Position numbers and translations under genes: made by a program
The notes under the pieces: model-generated
The model's input: only the letters and a program-made list of their open reading frames with translations
Told to the model about the DNA's origin: nothing
Database searches by the model: none
Source: Azolla caroliniana
Taxonomy: Eukaryota > Plantae > Polypodiophyta
Length of the DNA: 64,000 bases
Assembly: GCA_043228905.1 (NCBI GenBank)
Contig: JBHGNT010000011.1
Span: forward strand, 18,352,001 to 18,416,000
Direction of reading: 5' to 3'
Part shown: piece by piece, positions 13,459 through 28,573 of the stretch
How the letters are laid out: every line of letters starts with the position of its first letter
Numbering within the stretch: position 1 is the stretch's first letter

Positions 13459-16400
13459 GTGAGAGTTGAGAACCTTTGCTACCGACAACTGCTTGAAACG
13501 GACAAACCCTAATCACTGGTAAAAGAACTGACCGAAAAAAGAAGGTATGGACAGAAGTATGACGAGCTCGCTTACTACTGAAAAGCTTGACCGAAGCAAC
13601 TATGCGTCCTAGTCGTATAAAATGCGCCAGTACTTGCTGGATCACGAATACTTGAGCTACGTGGAAGGAGCGAATGAAGCAGCAACGGATCCGACACACA
13701 AGGACTTCCTAGTTTGGGAGCATGGAGCGAGAGGGGTTTTGTACCACCTTGTGTCCTGTGTGCACAACCAGATGCTTGGCTACATTAGAGATGCAAAATC
13801 ACTGAAGGAGGCCTGGGAAATTCTCCGGAAGATTTTCGTCGTAAGTACCACGGCCCGAAAGTTGCAGCTCCGGCAAGAGGAGCTCAACAACATTCGGCAA
13901 AGGGACATCAGTCACCAACTACACCACCAAGATCAAGGAGATCTGCGACACACTTGGTTCCATCAACGTGATGGTGGACGAGGACGAGATGGTCCAGATC
14001 TGCCTCGGTGGTCTACCACAATGGTACGGACCAATCTAGACGACAATTTGCACCCGAGAGAAACCACTATCCTTCTTCGACCTGCAATCAATGTTGATGG
14101 TCAAAGAAAACCATGCTAGTGGGTCGAGGACCACTCAATCGGACAACCAGATGTTGTACATAGAGGTCGATCAACCCCGTGGGCGTGGGGGACGAAGTGG
14201 CTCGGCACGCAATTCAGGTAGCCAACAAGAGCAAAACCAGAGGCACAGAGATAGTGCCGACAATAGTTTCGAACCCTCCACTAGCAGGGGGAGTGAAAGC
14301 GGTGTCGGAAACCGACAAGGGAAAAACGACACAGAATGTTGGTATTGTGGCAAGAAAGGCCATTGGGAGAGCGAGTGCTAGAAGAAGCGCGCTGATTCGG
14401 ATAAATCTGGATCCAACAAGACCGGACAAAGGGAGCTGACAAAGCTCGATAAAGTGTGGGACGTTGACTCTAGAGCATCAAACCACATGACGAGCCATGA
14501 AGAGTGGTTCTTGTTTTTGGAAAAGTCGAAGCAACAAGGAGTTGTCGAAACCAGAGACGACACTCCTCACCCGATTATGCATGTCGGAGAAGTCCCTTTA
14601 AGCTATGTCGAACATTTAAAGGGAATGCTGATGAACGTACTACATGTTCTGACAATCACAAAGAACTTGGTGTCGGTTGGGCAGATCATCGACTAGGGGA
14701 TGCAAGTGCGGTTTATGCACCTCGAGTGCTTCATCAAGGAAGAAGGCTGAATAATTGCGCAAAGGCGTCGAGACGAGAGGGTGTTCATCCTCGATACCAA
14801 CGACATTGGCACCGCTTTGTTTGCAAAAGGATAGAAGGTTGAATCGGATATCGACATGTGGCACAAGCGGATCGGCCACGTCAACTATCAACGACTTCAA
14901 GACCTGTATTCGAAATAGGTAGTTTTCGGTTTGCCAAAATTAAGTGGTAGGAAGGCCCAAATATGCGAAGCATGCCAACTCGGGAAGCAACACTGGCTTC
15001 CGTTCCCCAACGAAAAAAACCAGAGCCATAACAAGCTCGATTTAATATATTCAGATGTATGGGGACCGACACAGAACGTTAGTCTTGGCGAGAGCCAATA
15101 TTTTGACTCCTTCATCGACAACTATAGTCGGCACACGTGGATCTACCTCATCGAGACAAAAAGCGAAGTCTTCGATTGTTTCCGGAACCTGCAAACTGTT
15201 CTCGAACGGGAAACGAAGAGGAAAATCAAGTGCATGTGGTCGAATAGCGGAAAAGAATACTTTTCCGGACAATTCAATAGTTATCTGTAGCAAAAAGGAA
15301 TTCAGAGGGAATTCAGCTCCCGATACACACCGGAACAAAACGGTGTGGCCGAAAGGAAGAACTGATCGATTGTGGAGGTGGCATGGGCAATGCCGGAGGA
15401 GAAGAGCATGCCCAAGTTTTACTGGGCTGAAGCAGTCTGGACAACCGTCTACATCCAAAACCGAATCAGGGATAAGGTGTCAACACATGAGCTATATTTC
15501 GGGTGGAAGTCGAATTTAAGGCACCTTAAGATATTCGGTATCATTGCCTATGTGCATGTGCTGGATGAGAAGTAGAGAAAGTTGGACCCGAAGTCGGAGA
15601 AGTGCACCCTTGTCGGCTACTCACATGAGCTATAGGGATATAGGTGCTATAACCCCCGAACAAAACAAGTTTGAGTGAGCCGAGATGTCGAATTTGATGA
15701 GTCGGCATCATAGTACTCTCTCTTGACTCCGATGTCTGACTCCAACCTGATTCCAACGGATGAGGCCAGTGAGCCCGAAACGATCCGGGGCAGAAGATGA
15801 AGAAGGATTTGGTACTCTAGATGAGAGTCCGATCTCATTTCGGCTAAGTGGGCCGCATCAACGACTGAGCCGGAATAAGCAGTCACATGAAGAGCCGGCG
15901 AGTACTGGAGACTCTGTCGTGCTCTCCATGCGTAAGGAACCGAGCAGACGGTTCACACGCAAGGAAAAGGGGAAGATGAAGATGCTAGAATATACCACCG
16001 GTAGAGACGAGTCAGATTGGAGCGAGACTGACTCTAGGAAGAACGAAGATGGACCTTCGAAAGAGAAGCTCGCGTTGACCAAGAGGGCAGTGAAATCGGC
16101 GAATCCGGAATTGCGCCGATTGACCCGCCAAAAAAACCTCGTGAAGAGGTACGGGTACAACGAGTACATGATGCATCATATTATGCGTACATGGTGAAGG
16201 TGGCGGCCGTGCGTCAATAGAAGGCTATGGGTGAAGAGATGCATGCACTCACGGAGAATAAGACGTGGGATTTAGTGGACGTACTGAATGGAGTGAAGCC
16301 AATCGGTTGCCGGTGGGTATACAAGGTTAAATACAACATCGACGCCGTCGTCAACCGGTAGAAGGCCCGATTAGTGGCAAAGGGCTATGCGCAACAACAC

Positions 16401-17089
16401 GACATCGACTACGATGAGACATTCACGCCAGTCGCAAAGATGACGATTGTTCGTATCTTGCTTGCGGTGGCAACGACGAAGGCATGGCATCTACATCAGA
16501 TGGATGTGAAAAACACGTTCCTGCAAGGTGATCTTGAGGAACATGTGTTTATGGTTTAGTCCCCCGAATTCCAGTCCGTAGTGAACAAATCCGTTGTATG
16601 CCGATTGAAGAAGTCCCTCTACGGACTCAAGCAAGCCCCGCGCGCCTGGAACGCGAAGATCACGCAGAGACTGGGTCGGATGGGGTTTGCTCCGTCGAAA
16701 TCAGACTCTTCACTTTTCATCCGGCAAGGTCGAAATGAGTCAATTAGTATTTTACATTATGTTGATGATTTAGTCATCGTTGGCGCCGACCTCAACGAAA
16801 TCGGTCGCGTAAAGTCCCAGCTTGTGGCATCATTTGACATTAAGGATCATGAGAAATTTCATTACTTCCTCAGGATCGAAGTGATCCGCACCCTAGAGGG
16901 CATACTGATCCGTTAGCGGCATTATGTGTTGAGTATGCTCTTCAAATTTGGTATGACGGAATGCAAATCCGTCTCGATTTGCGTGGTTGCTTGGAATACT
17001 CAACACTTGGTTGTCTCTTGGCACGAAGAGATCCAAAATAAAGCATTGTAATTCCTTGCAAAAGAAGTTATTTGTTCTCAATTATTTTG

Positions 17090-17540
17090 TTGGCATGAAA
17101 ATGAGAGATTATGCTCTCTATTTAATCACTTGTTTCCTTTGGGTGTTAAAGAGGTGGGAAATATAGTGGTCCATGCATGTTTGATCTCCAAGATTTTTGG
17201 ATTTCATTATGGGTAGTGTTTATTATGCATGTTTATTAATTGGTAAGAACTACAAAGGATGACATTAAGTGGGGTGCATTACCTACAGAAACCAATGAGC
17301 GGCCATTGGTTGATTGTCATTTACAATGTCATAATTAGTTTTTGAAAGTGACCACAATATCTTGTGACATTTCTCTATTGAGTCTCTTCGATGGCAGTCA
17401 TCTAATGTTAAACAGTGATGAAAGGTACTAATCATGATTCATGATTATGAATGATGGTAGATCTTGAAACATAGTTGGCATTCTAAATTGCCACAAAGCT
17501 CATCATTTGGAGTGTAGTGATTGGGGCTTTTCCAATCAAA
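17090..17540 (-). mobile_element. Highly decayed copia integrase remnant (related to 26960-27300)
   Basis: Shares blocks with 26960-27300 (tttaatcacttgttt...aaagaggtggga; gatagatcttgaaa...attgccac...tgattgggg). Confidence 0.5.
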
Positions 17541-19342
17541 CCAATGTTGCTCTTTCATCTACATAGGTAAGGAACCTAAAACAATGACAGGTGGAATGCA
17601 TAATTTGCATTTGACATCAACAAAGTTCAAGAACCCTTGCATTGGGCCTCAACCACATCTTGCACCCCTATGATCTAAAGCAAAAGTAAATGATTAAATT
17701 GAGATCACAATGTATCTATATTCCCAACATAATGAGCAAAAGGACCCTATTTATTAACTTGCTTTGAAAGGAATTACACCACTCTCAACTAGTGGTCGCA
17801 TCCACTAAAATAAAGACAGGGTTAATGCAAAATCAATTGCAAATTACAATATGCATCAATTATAATATCAATGCTAATATGATGTGACGCAAGATAATCA
17901 ATTTCAATCCCATGTATTTTCCCATGCTCTAAATCGTGCCTTTGCTCAACATAATATAGTGCATGTTAAGGAAGAAGAAGAGCTTATTGTTTATACAACA
18001 ACATTCACCATGATGTGTTAATAAATTTAAGGAGTTTTTGTGTCTACGATTGATGATGGGGTCGTAAGGGCATACTATGAGTTTTATGATGCTATTGGAT
18101 GTATGGTGAATGAGCCAATTAATAAAGAGTTGGATGCAATTTATCAAAAGGAGGTAGATTCAATTTAAGACATCTTCTTAAAGTAAGAATCTTGTCTAAA
18201 TGAATTATTTAAGTAGTATGCTTACACCCTAAAGGGATATTAACTTGCATGTTACGACAATGTTGGCATTATTATGCATCTCGCTTGGAAGGCTTACCTC
18301 ACAAAATGGGTGCCAAATATGTCATCGCCTTAGTCATTTCAACAAGAGTGGTCTATTTCTTTCAAGGGAAGATTGTATAAGGTGTTCAGAGGAAGGTCTC
18401 CACTAATCGACTAAAGAATTACCTACCTTAGTTAATATATTCAACTCAATTTGGTTTGGGGGTAAAAATATATGGTATCATGTTCTTAATGTTCAAATGG
18501 CTATGGATTCTACTCAAGTTACACATCAAGAATTGATCATGATGAAATTACATTTGGACAAAGTGGATGTATGACCTTGTCAATTGGTCCTTTCTTTCAA
18601 GGTTTATGTGTTCTACGGGTTTTGAGACACATATGCCACATCTTATCTTTTACAAATACAAGAAGTTTAAACTTTCAATTAATGTTTGATGGTGAAGTCA
18701 CTTAGGAAATGGCGCTAATGCAATCAATTCATCAAGAATGCCCACTTAGTTCAGTATTGTTTTTTTTTTCCAAAATATTAGTTCAGTATTGTTTGATTTT
18801 GCTACCCATCCTCTTGAAGTGATGTTAGCAAAGCTTGCAAAAAACATAGATATTGTGGGGTTTTTTTTTTCAAAAGGGAAAATATTGAAAGAAAGATGCA
18901 CATTTGGCATCAATTTACCTTGGCTTCAAGGTTACATGTGAATTAGAGGACGTCTCAACCCATATCTTATACTTGTGATTTGGAAAATTAAGCATGGCAA
19001 AAGAATGATAAGATGGGAATCACATGGTTTGTTTGGGATCACAACTCCTAAGAAATTAGAATGTGTTGCATTATAAGATTTGAATATGCATTTGATCGAA
19101 AAAGCCTAACAGATTGGAAGGTGTTCTATTATTGGATTTGAATATGCATTTGATTATTCATCGCTGAAAGACATGTGGCAACAATCACAACAATGAGTAC
19201 CTATTCTACTATATTTCATTGAGAATGGCTTAAAATATGGGAGAACTAAGATTAAGGCATCATGTTGGTAGTTAGGAAATGAGCTATTTCCATTAAAATG
19301 TATTCTTTTCACGTGCTAAAGAAGTAATAGTGTCTTAGCAAG

Positions 19343-19380
<38 letters not shown>

Positions 19381-19650
19381 GGAACTTGTCTAGAACAAAT
19401 GATAATGAACTATGCATCCACTTTGTTCATATGCTCAACAACAAAATTGAACTCATGAAAGACCGTGGTTCGTAACAGTGAAATTTGGCAACTACCTTAA
19501 TTTCAACATTTCCCTCTCTCTATTTCCTACCATTTTAAAATTCCCAACATAGATGGCTAGGGAGAGTGCTTCTTAACCATTGTGTTGGTTGACCCCGTGG
19601 ATATTAACATGTCATCAGCTCTCTTCATTTTTTTCCTAAGCGAAGTGATG

Positions 19651-19988
19651 TTATTGCTCAAAACAAAGTGACATCGCAATGATAAGATTTGTAATGTGTC
19701 ACATAACGCTCTCTTGAACATAATCTTCTCCTTACAATGTTTCATAATCTATTATTTTGATCAATTATAGAATTTTATTTGTAGTTTTATGTCCATTTTA
19801 TAATGATATATATGAATTATTGCTCAAAACAAAGTGTCATCGAAGCGATAAGATTTGTAATGTGTCACATAACCCTCTCTTGAACATAATCTTCTCCTTA
19901 CAATGTTTCGTAGTCTATTATTTTGATCAATTATAGAATTTTATTTGTAGTTTTATGTCCATTTTATAATGATATTATATATATGAAT
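19651..19988. repeat. Tandem duplication, ~166 bp period
   Basis: ttattgctcaaaacaaagt...ttataatgat..tatatgaa at 19651-19816 and 19817-19988. Confidence 0.93.
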
Positions 19989-22900
19989 GATTGGATCATG
20001 TTCAACACCATTCGTGTGCACGATTGCTCATCTTGGTTACATCATGCTAATTTTCAAGTATACCATATGACATGCCTTGTAGTTAGGCTTTGCACATCAT
20101 GTATCAATGACAATGCCTAACAAATAATCATGAATCACAAACCAATTCAACTAAGACATTCAACCCATCCCATCACTCTTTACCTAATTTTGATTTTTTA
20201 GTGTATGATGTATATACAATCTCAATCACAATCACAATTATAATGTCAATCTCAATCTTTCTATCGCACTCACTCTCATTCATCAAATGAGTCCATGATC
20301 TTCCCAATCTTCATCCTTCAAAATAATCAATGTCACATTCTTTACCCTCTTAGAGTCTCCACCAAGAAAGGGAAACAAGTCTTCCTCAATCCTCTCAAAT
20401 TATGGTGGTATACATCGTCTCGATTACTTATAGGCTTGAGTGAGTAAATATGTTTTTACCTTAGTTCATTCACTCTCTCTCTCTCTCTCTCTCTCTCTTC
20501 CCTAGGTAAGATATAAAAGAGGAATTCATTCCATCTTCCAAGGCTCAATCATTGTAAATGAACCACTTATTAACACAACATACATATACGCAAATAACCA
20601 AATACATATCAATGTGCACATAGATGACAACTTCTTTATTGTTAAATATGCTTTAATATGCACGTACATGTTGATATCTTCATGACGACATATATATCAC
20701 GGATGAAAGACTCATGTTACATGCTATATTATCCTATGTGTGGCGTAACTAGTCGTGTTTATCATTTATTTAGTCAATGTTCATAAATGTTATTTGTCAA
20801 ACATTCTCAAGTGGCCGTGGGGACCAAGTAGATTCATAGAACACAATATTATGAATTCACAAAGCCAATGTATATATTTACATGTGTGAAATGTTAACCA
20901 TTGGATAGTTATGAGTGCCTTATGGAGGGATTCAAATTTGAGAATGACATTTTCCACCGTATTATCCCATAATGAGTTTATCATAAACAACATCAAGGGT
21001 TTTAAGACTTTTCTTACTGTGGACAATTGCCAACTAGAAAGATTGTTGACCCATTGAGCAAGCCATGGATGAGAAATCTATTATGTGTTTACAATCATTT
21101 TGAGTGTCAACCTACACTTGTTGCGAGTTTACATCAAGCAATAATTCAAGAAATTGTTTTGCAGACAATAATTAAAATATTTTACTATCACATTGTTTGT
21201 GAAACATGTAAGAGATATGTCATCTGTAGGACCCTTGTGCTAGATGATGAGATTCGGTTGAAGCCACCCCATGCATATGCTTAAAACAATATAGCATATT
21301 AAAGAAAATGTTATCAAAATATTATGAGAAGATAATGTTGAGGAAAACACCAAATTTTGAATTAAAAACAAAGATACGACTTTTCAAAAACAAGTGATGT
21401 TGAGGAGTAGTAAAAAAAATGCTTATATTCTTTGTTAATTGGACGCAGATTTCAAAGGAAACGGATTTCTTTAAAATGTACTGAAACTAATGAAGAAAAT
21501 CTGTTACAAGCCCCAAAAGTTTTAATTCAATTCAATGCTTCGACATTGATTTGTCTCCTCTCGTGCTTTTGAGAAGCAAAAGGAATGCATGCACCATATG
21601 TAGTCGTATATGAATGAGAAAAATGTACAAAGAACCAAGATATCACGTAATGCATATCATGATATATGTTTTCGGCTCTTTAATTCCAATTAGTATAGGG
21701 TATCTAGATGGTTGCAGCATGGTCATAAACCTCTATGCCTTGTAATGAAGATTGAGCTTTGGGTCAAACATGTATTTAATAGAAGGTTGTGTTGGTAAAT
21801 TTAGGTTTTTATATAAACTATATTTTATTTATGATAAGACCAAGACATTATGTGTTAAAAACACAATTGAAAATATGGCATCTATGGATCATGTAAGAGA
21901 CTTTTAGATGTGCCAAAATGATTTGCTTATAGGTTCCATGACACAAATTTTCCATGTTGAGATATTGGATCAAATAACATGTTTTAAGTTGTGCTCATTA
22001 TAAAAGTTTTCAAAATTAGATATTGACATCTAACAATTCAATATTAAAATCTTCACAATTTCAGTTTGACATCACAGACACTAATAATTTGCTCTTGGAA
22101 ACAACGGAATTACCTCGACATTTCTTTACATCAAAACAAGTGAAAATGATAACAAATGCTTGCCAAACATGGACATCCCAAACTTGTTTTAAGAATGTGA
22201 TCATAAAGCGTAATTTGTTAATATATTGGGTATGAGCAAATGCGCATATGGATGTATGCATTCCCAAACTTCAAAACGAATTTTTCCTTCTCCACATGGG
22301 TGACAACTTAAAGGACTATAAGGAATTCTAATGGTGTACACCGTGGTAGATATTCAAGAAGGATTTATATATAGGATTAAAGAAAGGAACCAACAAGTCA
22401 CTTGAGAAGAATTTGAAATGTGGACGAATTTCTTGTGAAAATGAAAAAAAGGGTATACGTATGAGTGTCGCGGATTATATGTACGTATGTTGTTTATGTG
22501 TCATAACTAACCTTAAGACTCTATTTTGGATGTTCATTCTTTTGTATAAAAATATGAGAGATGTACATGCATCATTCTTGAGTGAACTTGATTTTGCTTC
22601 TTTCCATGCAAGTGGGTTGCTTTCCATGTTGATTTTATAAGCTTTGTGCTTTTTGTACTTTACAACCATGCTTTAAGCTTTTCAAACCGACACAAATAAA
22701 ATATTCACTTACACAAAGACGAAAGCTACACAACATGTTGAACAACGCCAAATAATTTTAGTATTGAAATCATGCATCAACATCATTCTTTTCTATGCAA
22801 ATGAACCATGGCGCCCAAAACCATCAACTCCACCATACATATGTACATGCGCATTCCAATTTCCAAGCATAATCATCCCATGAATCCATTGCAAAAGCAT

Positions 22901-25399
22901 TGCCACGTTTGTAATTTAAGCAAATGTAATTTTAAGTGGTAGCAATGTATCACATCCATTTTACTAGAGATTAACAAATTAATCCATATCCCTCCATGCC
23001 TATCAATACATTATTGCGGGACCACAATGTTCATTCCCATAATTGGTTGTGTTGATATTTCTATCTTAGCTCAACATACCTACATTAGCTCTATCCTTTC
23101 AGCTTTGTAGTATTTAAAATTTCAAATATACAATACTCATGGCTATATCGACAATCCTTCCAAATTTGTAAATTGTTAACAATGTCCCTATTATTTACAT
23201 GTGTGCATGTGCTCATGCAACCATGTGACAAATCTTTAAAAGTGTCTCAAACAATTTTTCTTGATTACATAAAAAATGCACCATATCTTCTTGTTTTATC
23301 TTGTTGGCAATTGATGATCTGAGTCATGGACATTGACATCCATGATAGTTCAATTCTTTCTCTCTGGTAGCTTTGGTATAGTTTTCATGTCTATCAATCA
23401 ATTGGTAACTTACTATCCTCTCTTTATTCTATCACAAACTTTATTTGACCTCTAGTTTTTCATTCTCTTCTTACCTAGAGAGGGCAATATTTCATAACTG
23501 ACTCTCCAACCACTTCATTCCAAGAAATGCACAAGAAATGATAGTCCTTGAGTGCCAAGGGTTTTCCTATACACATGCTTATTCAATCTACACGAATTTT
23601 CTCTATGGTTATGAACAACAAGAATGAGAGGCCAACCTTAATGAATAGCAAGCTTGTACGTGGATGTCCTTTTGAGTTGTATAACCATGGGGATATCGTT
23701 GATGCAAGGTTGTTGATAGTACACAATTAATTTTTACCGTTGAAACGTAGCTTGTAGAGTTTTTGTCCTTATTTACATTCAATTCCATTTGTCATATGTA
23801 GCTTCATTATGTAGTTGTAAAGTTCCCTTAGTTCTATTTAGTTTGATAGTGCTTGTGTAAATAGGACAATGTGACCTTTGCAAACATGTAGCATGAGTGG
23901 CAAATGGTTTGGTATCTTATTTTTCAAACAACATGAGAATAAGAAAAACCAATATATCAAAGAGCTTCAAATTGAAAATTGATGTTGCTCTTTAAATTTG
24001 AGGGTTGTCCCACATCAAGAAACCCCATGATGATGATCGTCCAACATATCATGTCATATATATTGTTGGGATAAGGATTGTTATGAGATATCAAAATGTG
24101 TTTTGAATCATTTAGGATTCGTTGTTATGAGTAAAATGAGCATCTTAAGCATTACAAGTGTGATTGCAAAACAAGGGGTAGATTTCAATGCAACAATCCA
24201 TTCATGCATTTATAGGTGACTAAATTCAAGAATTTGACATGTTTTTTCTAATACGAAAATAGGTGTGCATTGTTGGTGGAGTGGTCAAGCCATCATTGTT
24301 GTTAACCATCAATTGTGAGTAAAATTCCCCAAAAATGCATATCGTGCATACAAATAATTAACTTTCAAGGAGTCTATGCTTAAAAATGATGAGAGGAGGA
24401 ACTTTAAGCATCAAGGAGACCAAGAAGGTGAAAAAAGTTGGAATAATGAGATCCTTTACCTAAAGCTTAATGTGGCACATCCACATCTAAATCTACACCT
24501 TACTGACATCTTACTTTAACCTTACAGACTTTACTTTGAGTGCTTTTAAGAACTTTGATGTCTATTCAACATTTTGTTCATTTCTCGTTGTTATTTGGAG
24601 GCTCACATCTCACATTGAGGTTTCGCATTAGTAATGCAAGTTTAAAAAAAAACAAAAACTATATCTATTGATGAATGTTAAATAAAGACCTAATGCTAAT
24701 ACCAAAAGTTTACAGACACATCCACGTGAAACAATTTTTAGATCTATGAACAAAACCTAGTGCTTTGTGTAGAGAGAATATTCTATTTATTAGATGAGAA
24801 ACTAGTGTAGGATATTAGTGTGATGCATATTGGAGTCCCCCACAAGCTAGCTAGAAAGTAATTTGAGCACCCAATATCTAGCCATAGAAATCACCATAAT
24901 CACTACATGGAGCATCAATTGGCACTCATCCACTTATATTGAGGCTCCTCAAATCACATCCACCCATGTAGAATTTCCTCAGATAAACCCACTCATCTCA
25001 TTTTTGTTTAGCATACACATAGGAATGCCAATAATCTTCTATAGAGCCTTTTAGTACTTAATGTCCACGTTGTCCCACTATTTATGCTTGCTTAAATTTT
25101 CTTGTGGATGCATATATATGCACATGTCTCGTGTCCACATCAATCATCATGTACTACATTGGAGGACCCATATGGTAAAATACAGAAGCAAGAAGAGAGA
25201 AAGGTTTGAGGCAAGGATTGAAAGGAACTTTGAATGGCTAGTTGTATTAGAATGGGAAGCCAAACATAAAACAAATTAAAAAACAATAAATAAGCAATTG
25301 GAAAACGATAGGCTCATGCCAAAAGCACCCGTGCTAACAAGTTAGAATTATTTTGACTTATAGCTAAGCATACTGTACTCGTCGGTGGGTATATTTTCA

Positions 25400-25700
25400 A
25401 ATCATTGGATGAGATTAACATAAGAGATTATTGCTCAAATTTTGAGGCTCTCCCATCAAACATTACATAATATATATTCCTCCAAACGGCAAATGATTTT
25501 TTTATTTGAAAGTGTAAACCTCACTTACCTAACATGTTAAATCCCATCCCCTTGCCAACAATCCACATAATTTCATTCATGGCATCTAACCACAATTTGA
25601 CAATGCATATTTTGTGCCACTACACTAATACACCACTACAATGATCATGTTTTAAGCATTCATGCTTGCCACCCCCATATTTAACCGTGACTTGTCATTG
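25400..25700 (-). mobile_element. Possible Tc1-like transposase remnant
   Basis: The minus strand reads TVKYGGG at ~25668-25688, resembling the Tc1 TVKHGGG motif. The rest is too decayed to confirm. Confidence 0.3.
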
Positions 25701-26959
25701 CATAATTTCCTCTCTTAGCAACAATGCACAAGCTAAATTATATCATTGAGTAGTGCATTTCTTGTACATTGAGATGCATTTGAACATTATGCCTCATAGG
25801 TTATATTTGACCTTTTGAGGAAGGTAATAAAATTGCTTTCTTCTCTCTAACTCTATCTATATGGGTACATATAATATTATAAAGTTTTAAAGAAGAGGCA
25901 AACTACTCTTCAATGGAATTGTGGTTATGACGGGGAACGGCTTGAATGAGAAAACAAAGAATATAGGAATAAATGAGACACATGTGTGTTTGGAGAGAGA
26001 GATAGATAGAGAGGTACCAAGCTAGGATTGTCCGAGCTCAATCATCACCATTGATATTCCATGATTATATTGCTGAAAATTAAACATGCTCACAAAAAAA
26101 TGACCGATGAGCGTTCATATAAATTTATTCTCAAGTGAAAGTTTAGAGAAAACTGACCATGTTACTGCCCTAACTCTGAATGTAATTGAGCGAAGGTCCA
26201 AACATATATTGCAACAAAAAATCTACCTACCTCAAATATCATATTATGTTGTACATGTTTAGATGCAATGTTCCTATGACTTTATTTCCCTCTCACATAT
26301 GTGTCATAACTTGCCTTCATGTATCATTTTCTCTTATCTACCAATATTTATTATGAGTTGATGTGAAGAGGTGCCTATTTGTTCAATGGTCATTTGGAGT
26401 CCGTGTGTAAGATGTGCATTGGAGTGTATATGGGGGAATGCTGAAATTACTATGACAATGCACGAGAATGTAGGTATGGTAATATGTCATTTGCACCTCA
26501 TGGGGAGTTAATCACATCCCCATGGGTGTTTAGTCTTTGAATTAACTTTGATCACCTAATTTATTTCTTGTTGGTAAGCCTTAGATTAAGAAAATCCAAA
26601 TTTTAGTCAAAGGGAAGAAATTTGTCTATATACACGTAGCACTAGGCTAACCAAGTATTCATTTGAGCACATACCAACATTGTTTATGTCCATGTGATGC
26701 AATTTGTATAGAGGATATGAGAGCAAGTTGTGCATACTGTTTATGGGGAAGGCTCTATGATCTTCGAATGGAAGCCATTACTCATAATAGAGCTTCAATT
26801 ACCATGGGTGTTGCCCCTACTTTTGCTCTAATGATTTGGCTTAGTATTGATAACCCTAAACCCTCTCAGGCACAAAGTACTCCCTCTTTTGTATGGGCAC
26901 CATATTCTAGTAGAGAGCAAATATGGGTTACTTATGTCTTCTCAATTATTGTTAGCATA

Positions 26960-27300
26960 GAAAGGATAGACTCGGCTCTCAATTTAATCACTTGTTTTGT
27001 TTGGGGGTCAAAGAGGTGGGAGACATATTTGAGGCTTAACCTTAGAAACAATTATTGTGTATCTTGCCAAATTATGGGTTTAGTTAGCATAACATTGATG
27101 CAAGATCCTATACATATACAAACCAAAGAGCAACCATGGGGTATTGAGTCTCCCCCGCGGCTATCATCAAAACCTCAAGAAGAATGGAGGCTATGGAACT
27201 TTGATTATGGTTGATGATAGATCTTGAAATGTAGTTCACAATAGACATTGCCACTTCTAGTAAATGCCTTCTTTTAGAGATTATTGATTGGGGGTTAGCC
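26960..27300 (-). mobile_element. Decayed copia integrase remnant
   Basis: Minus-strand peptides VAMSIVNYISRS and HLFDPQTKQVIKLR resemble copia integrase motifs (EAxxTAxYxxNR; YRLYDPxTxKxxxSR). Confidence 0.5.
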
Positions 27301-27429
27301 TTCCGGTTTATTAGCTCTTAAAAGCAGTTGTGTCGTGTTATTTGATGCCAAGACAATGGTTGCACAATTTACATTAGTTGATGGAGATAAGAGACCAATC
27401 TTGTCTTCCTCTCTAATAGATATTGGAGA

Positions 27430-27640
27430 TTGCGTCATAATTGTGATATCCATGGAGTCATATTGTATCTACAGAAGTTGAAGGGACTATTGATGCGGCA
27501 AATTTGTTCATTGGAACAAGTCGAAAATTCTGTCCTTGATGGAATGTTCATCTTGTCTATTGGTGATTTAAGATGTTCTACTACTCATGTTGGGGACCGG
27601 GGTGACACCTCTAAATTGTGGTACCATTGTAGTGTTTTTC
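27430..27640 (+). mobile_element. Copia GAG-pre-integrase remnant
   Basis: DGMFIL...DTSKLWYH resembles the GLYxL...SxLWHxRLGH motif. Confidence 0.4.
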
Positions 27641-28505
27641 ACACACATATAATTGTGTGTTTTCAGCAAGACAAAGAGGATAAAATAAAATAGGATTTTT
27701 TTCGCCCATTAGGAGGCCAAGTTTGACCAAGGAGCAAATAAACGTATCATGTTTGACATGACTCTTTCCTAAGATGGGGGATGGCTACTACCATATAGTA
27801 AAAATTCTCTATATGAAAATACGGATATACTTGCTTAACCTTCGTGGTGGAGATTTGATTGTGACACTTAAGCCGTTGTACTTATTGCAAATTATCTTGT
27901 ATGCTAAGCATGAGAGAAGTAAAAGAGAGAGAGAGATAGCACATTTAGTGGGACTCAAGAGTTCTGAGAGGACAAGACTAAAGATGGAGAGGATACGTCG
28001 AGATAAAGAAAGTGGTACAACGATTTGGTCATTTCAATTCTTAACAAGCGAATAATGGGCAAATAGAAATATTTTAGCAGATTTTTTATCTTGTAGAATT
28101 GGCTAGATTTTCGAAATACCGATCAACGTTTTATCCAATGGTTAGAAAACAAGAATTTCAAGGACCGTGCTCAATAATTTATTAGATTGAGGAAAGGAAG
28201 TGGGGGGGGGGTTTGAGGGAAGAGGGAGTTCAATGCATACTAGAAGAAGGTCATGGGTTTGGACCCCCTACATAGTTGGAAGGCATATTGTGGCCCGTAG
28301 GTAATGTTTGGTCAAAGTATGCACGTTTTTTTGGTAAATCGTTGTTCGGCACATACTAGAAGCTCATGGTTTTGGACTCCTATGTAGTTGTGAGGCAAAT
28401 TGTAAGTGATGCTTGGTCGGATTCGAACATCAATATATGGGTTTGTTAACTTCACGTCTCGGGGCATTTGCCATTACTTCTAGTCTCTTTAGGCAGTAGC
28501 CTTGG

Positions 28506-28510
<5 letters not shown>

Positions 28511-28568
<58 letters not shown>
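28511..28568. repeat. (GA)n microsatellite upstream of the pseudokinase
   Basis: Perfect GA run of about 29 units. Confidence 0.97.

Positions 28569-28573
<5 letters not shown>

Larger units (their letters stand above)
13058..16976 (+). mobile_element. Ty1/copia LTR retrotransposon, degenerate and 3'-truncated (no RNase H, PPT or 3' LTR)
   Basis: Copia domain order: gag (KLDRSNYAS*SYKM; zinc knuckle CWYCGKKGHWESEC), protease (WDVDSRASNHMT), integrase (WHKRIGH..CEACQLGKQH, SDVWGP, QNGVAERKN), RT ([25 protein letters not shown]). Many stops and frameshifts. Higher GC than the flanks. Confidence 0.95.

Noticed and set aside
26663-27214. 183-aa plus-strand ORF
   Set aside because: TTG start, no domain, and it overlaps a decayed minus-strand copia remnant.
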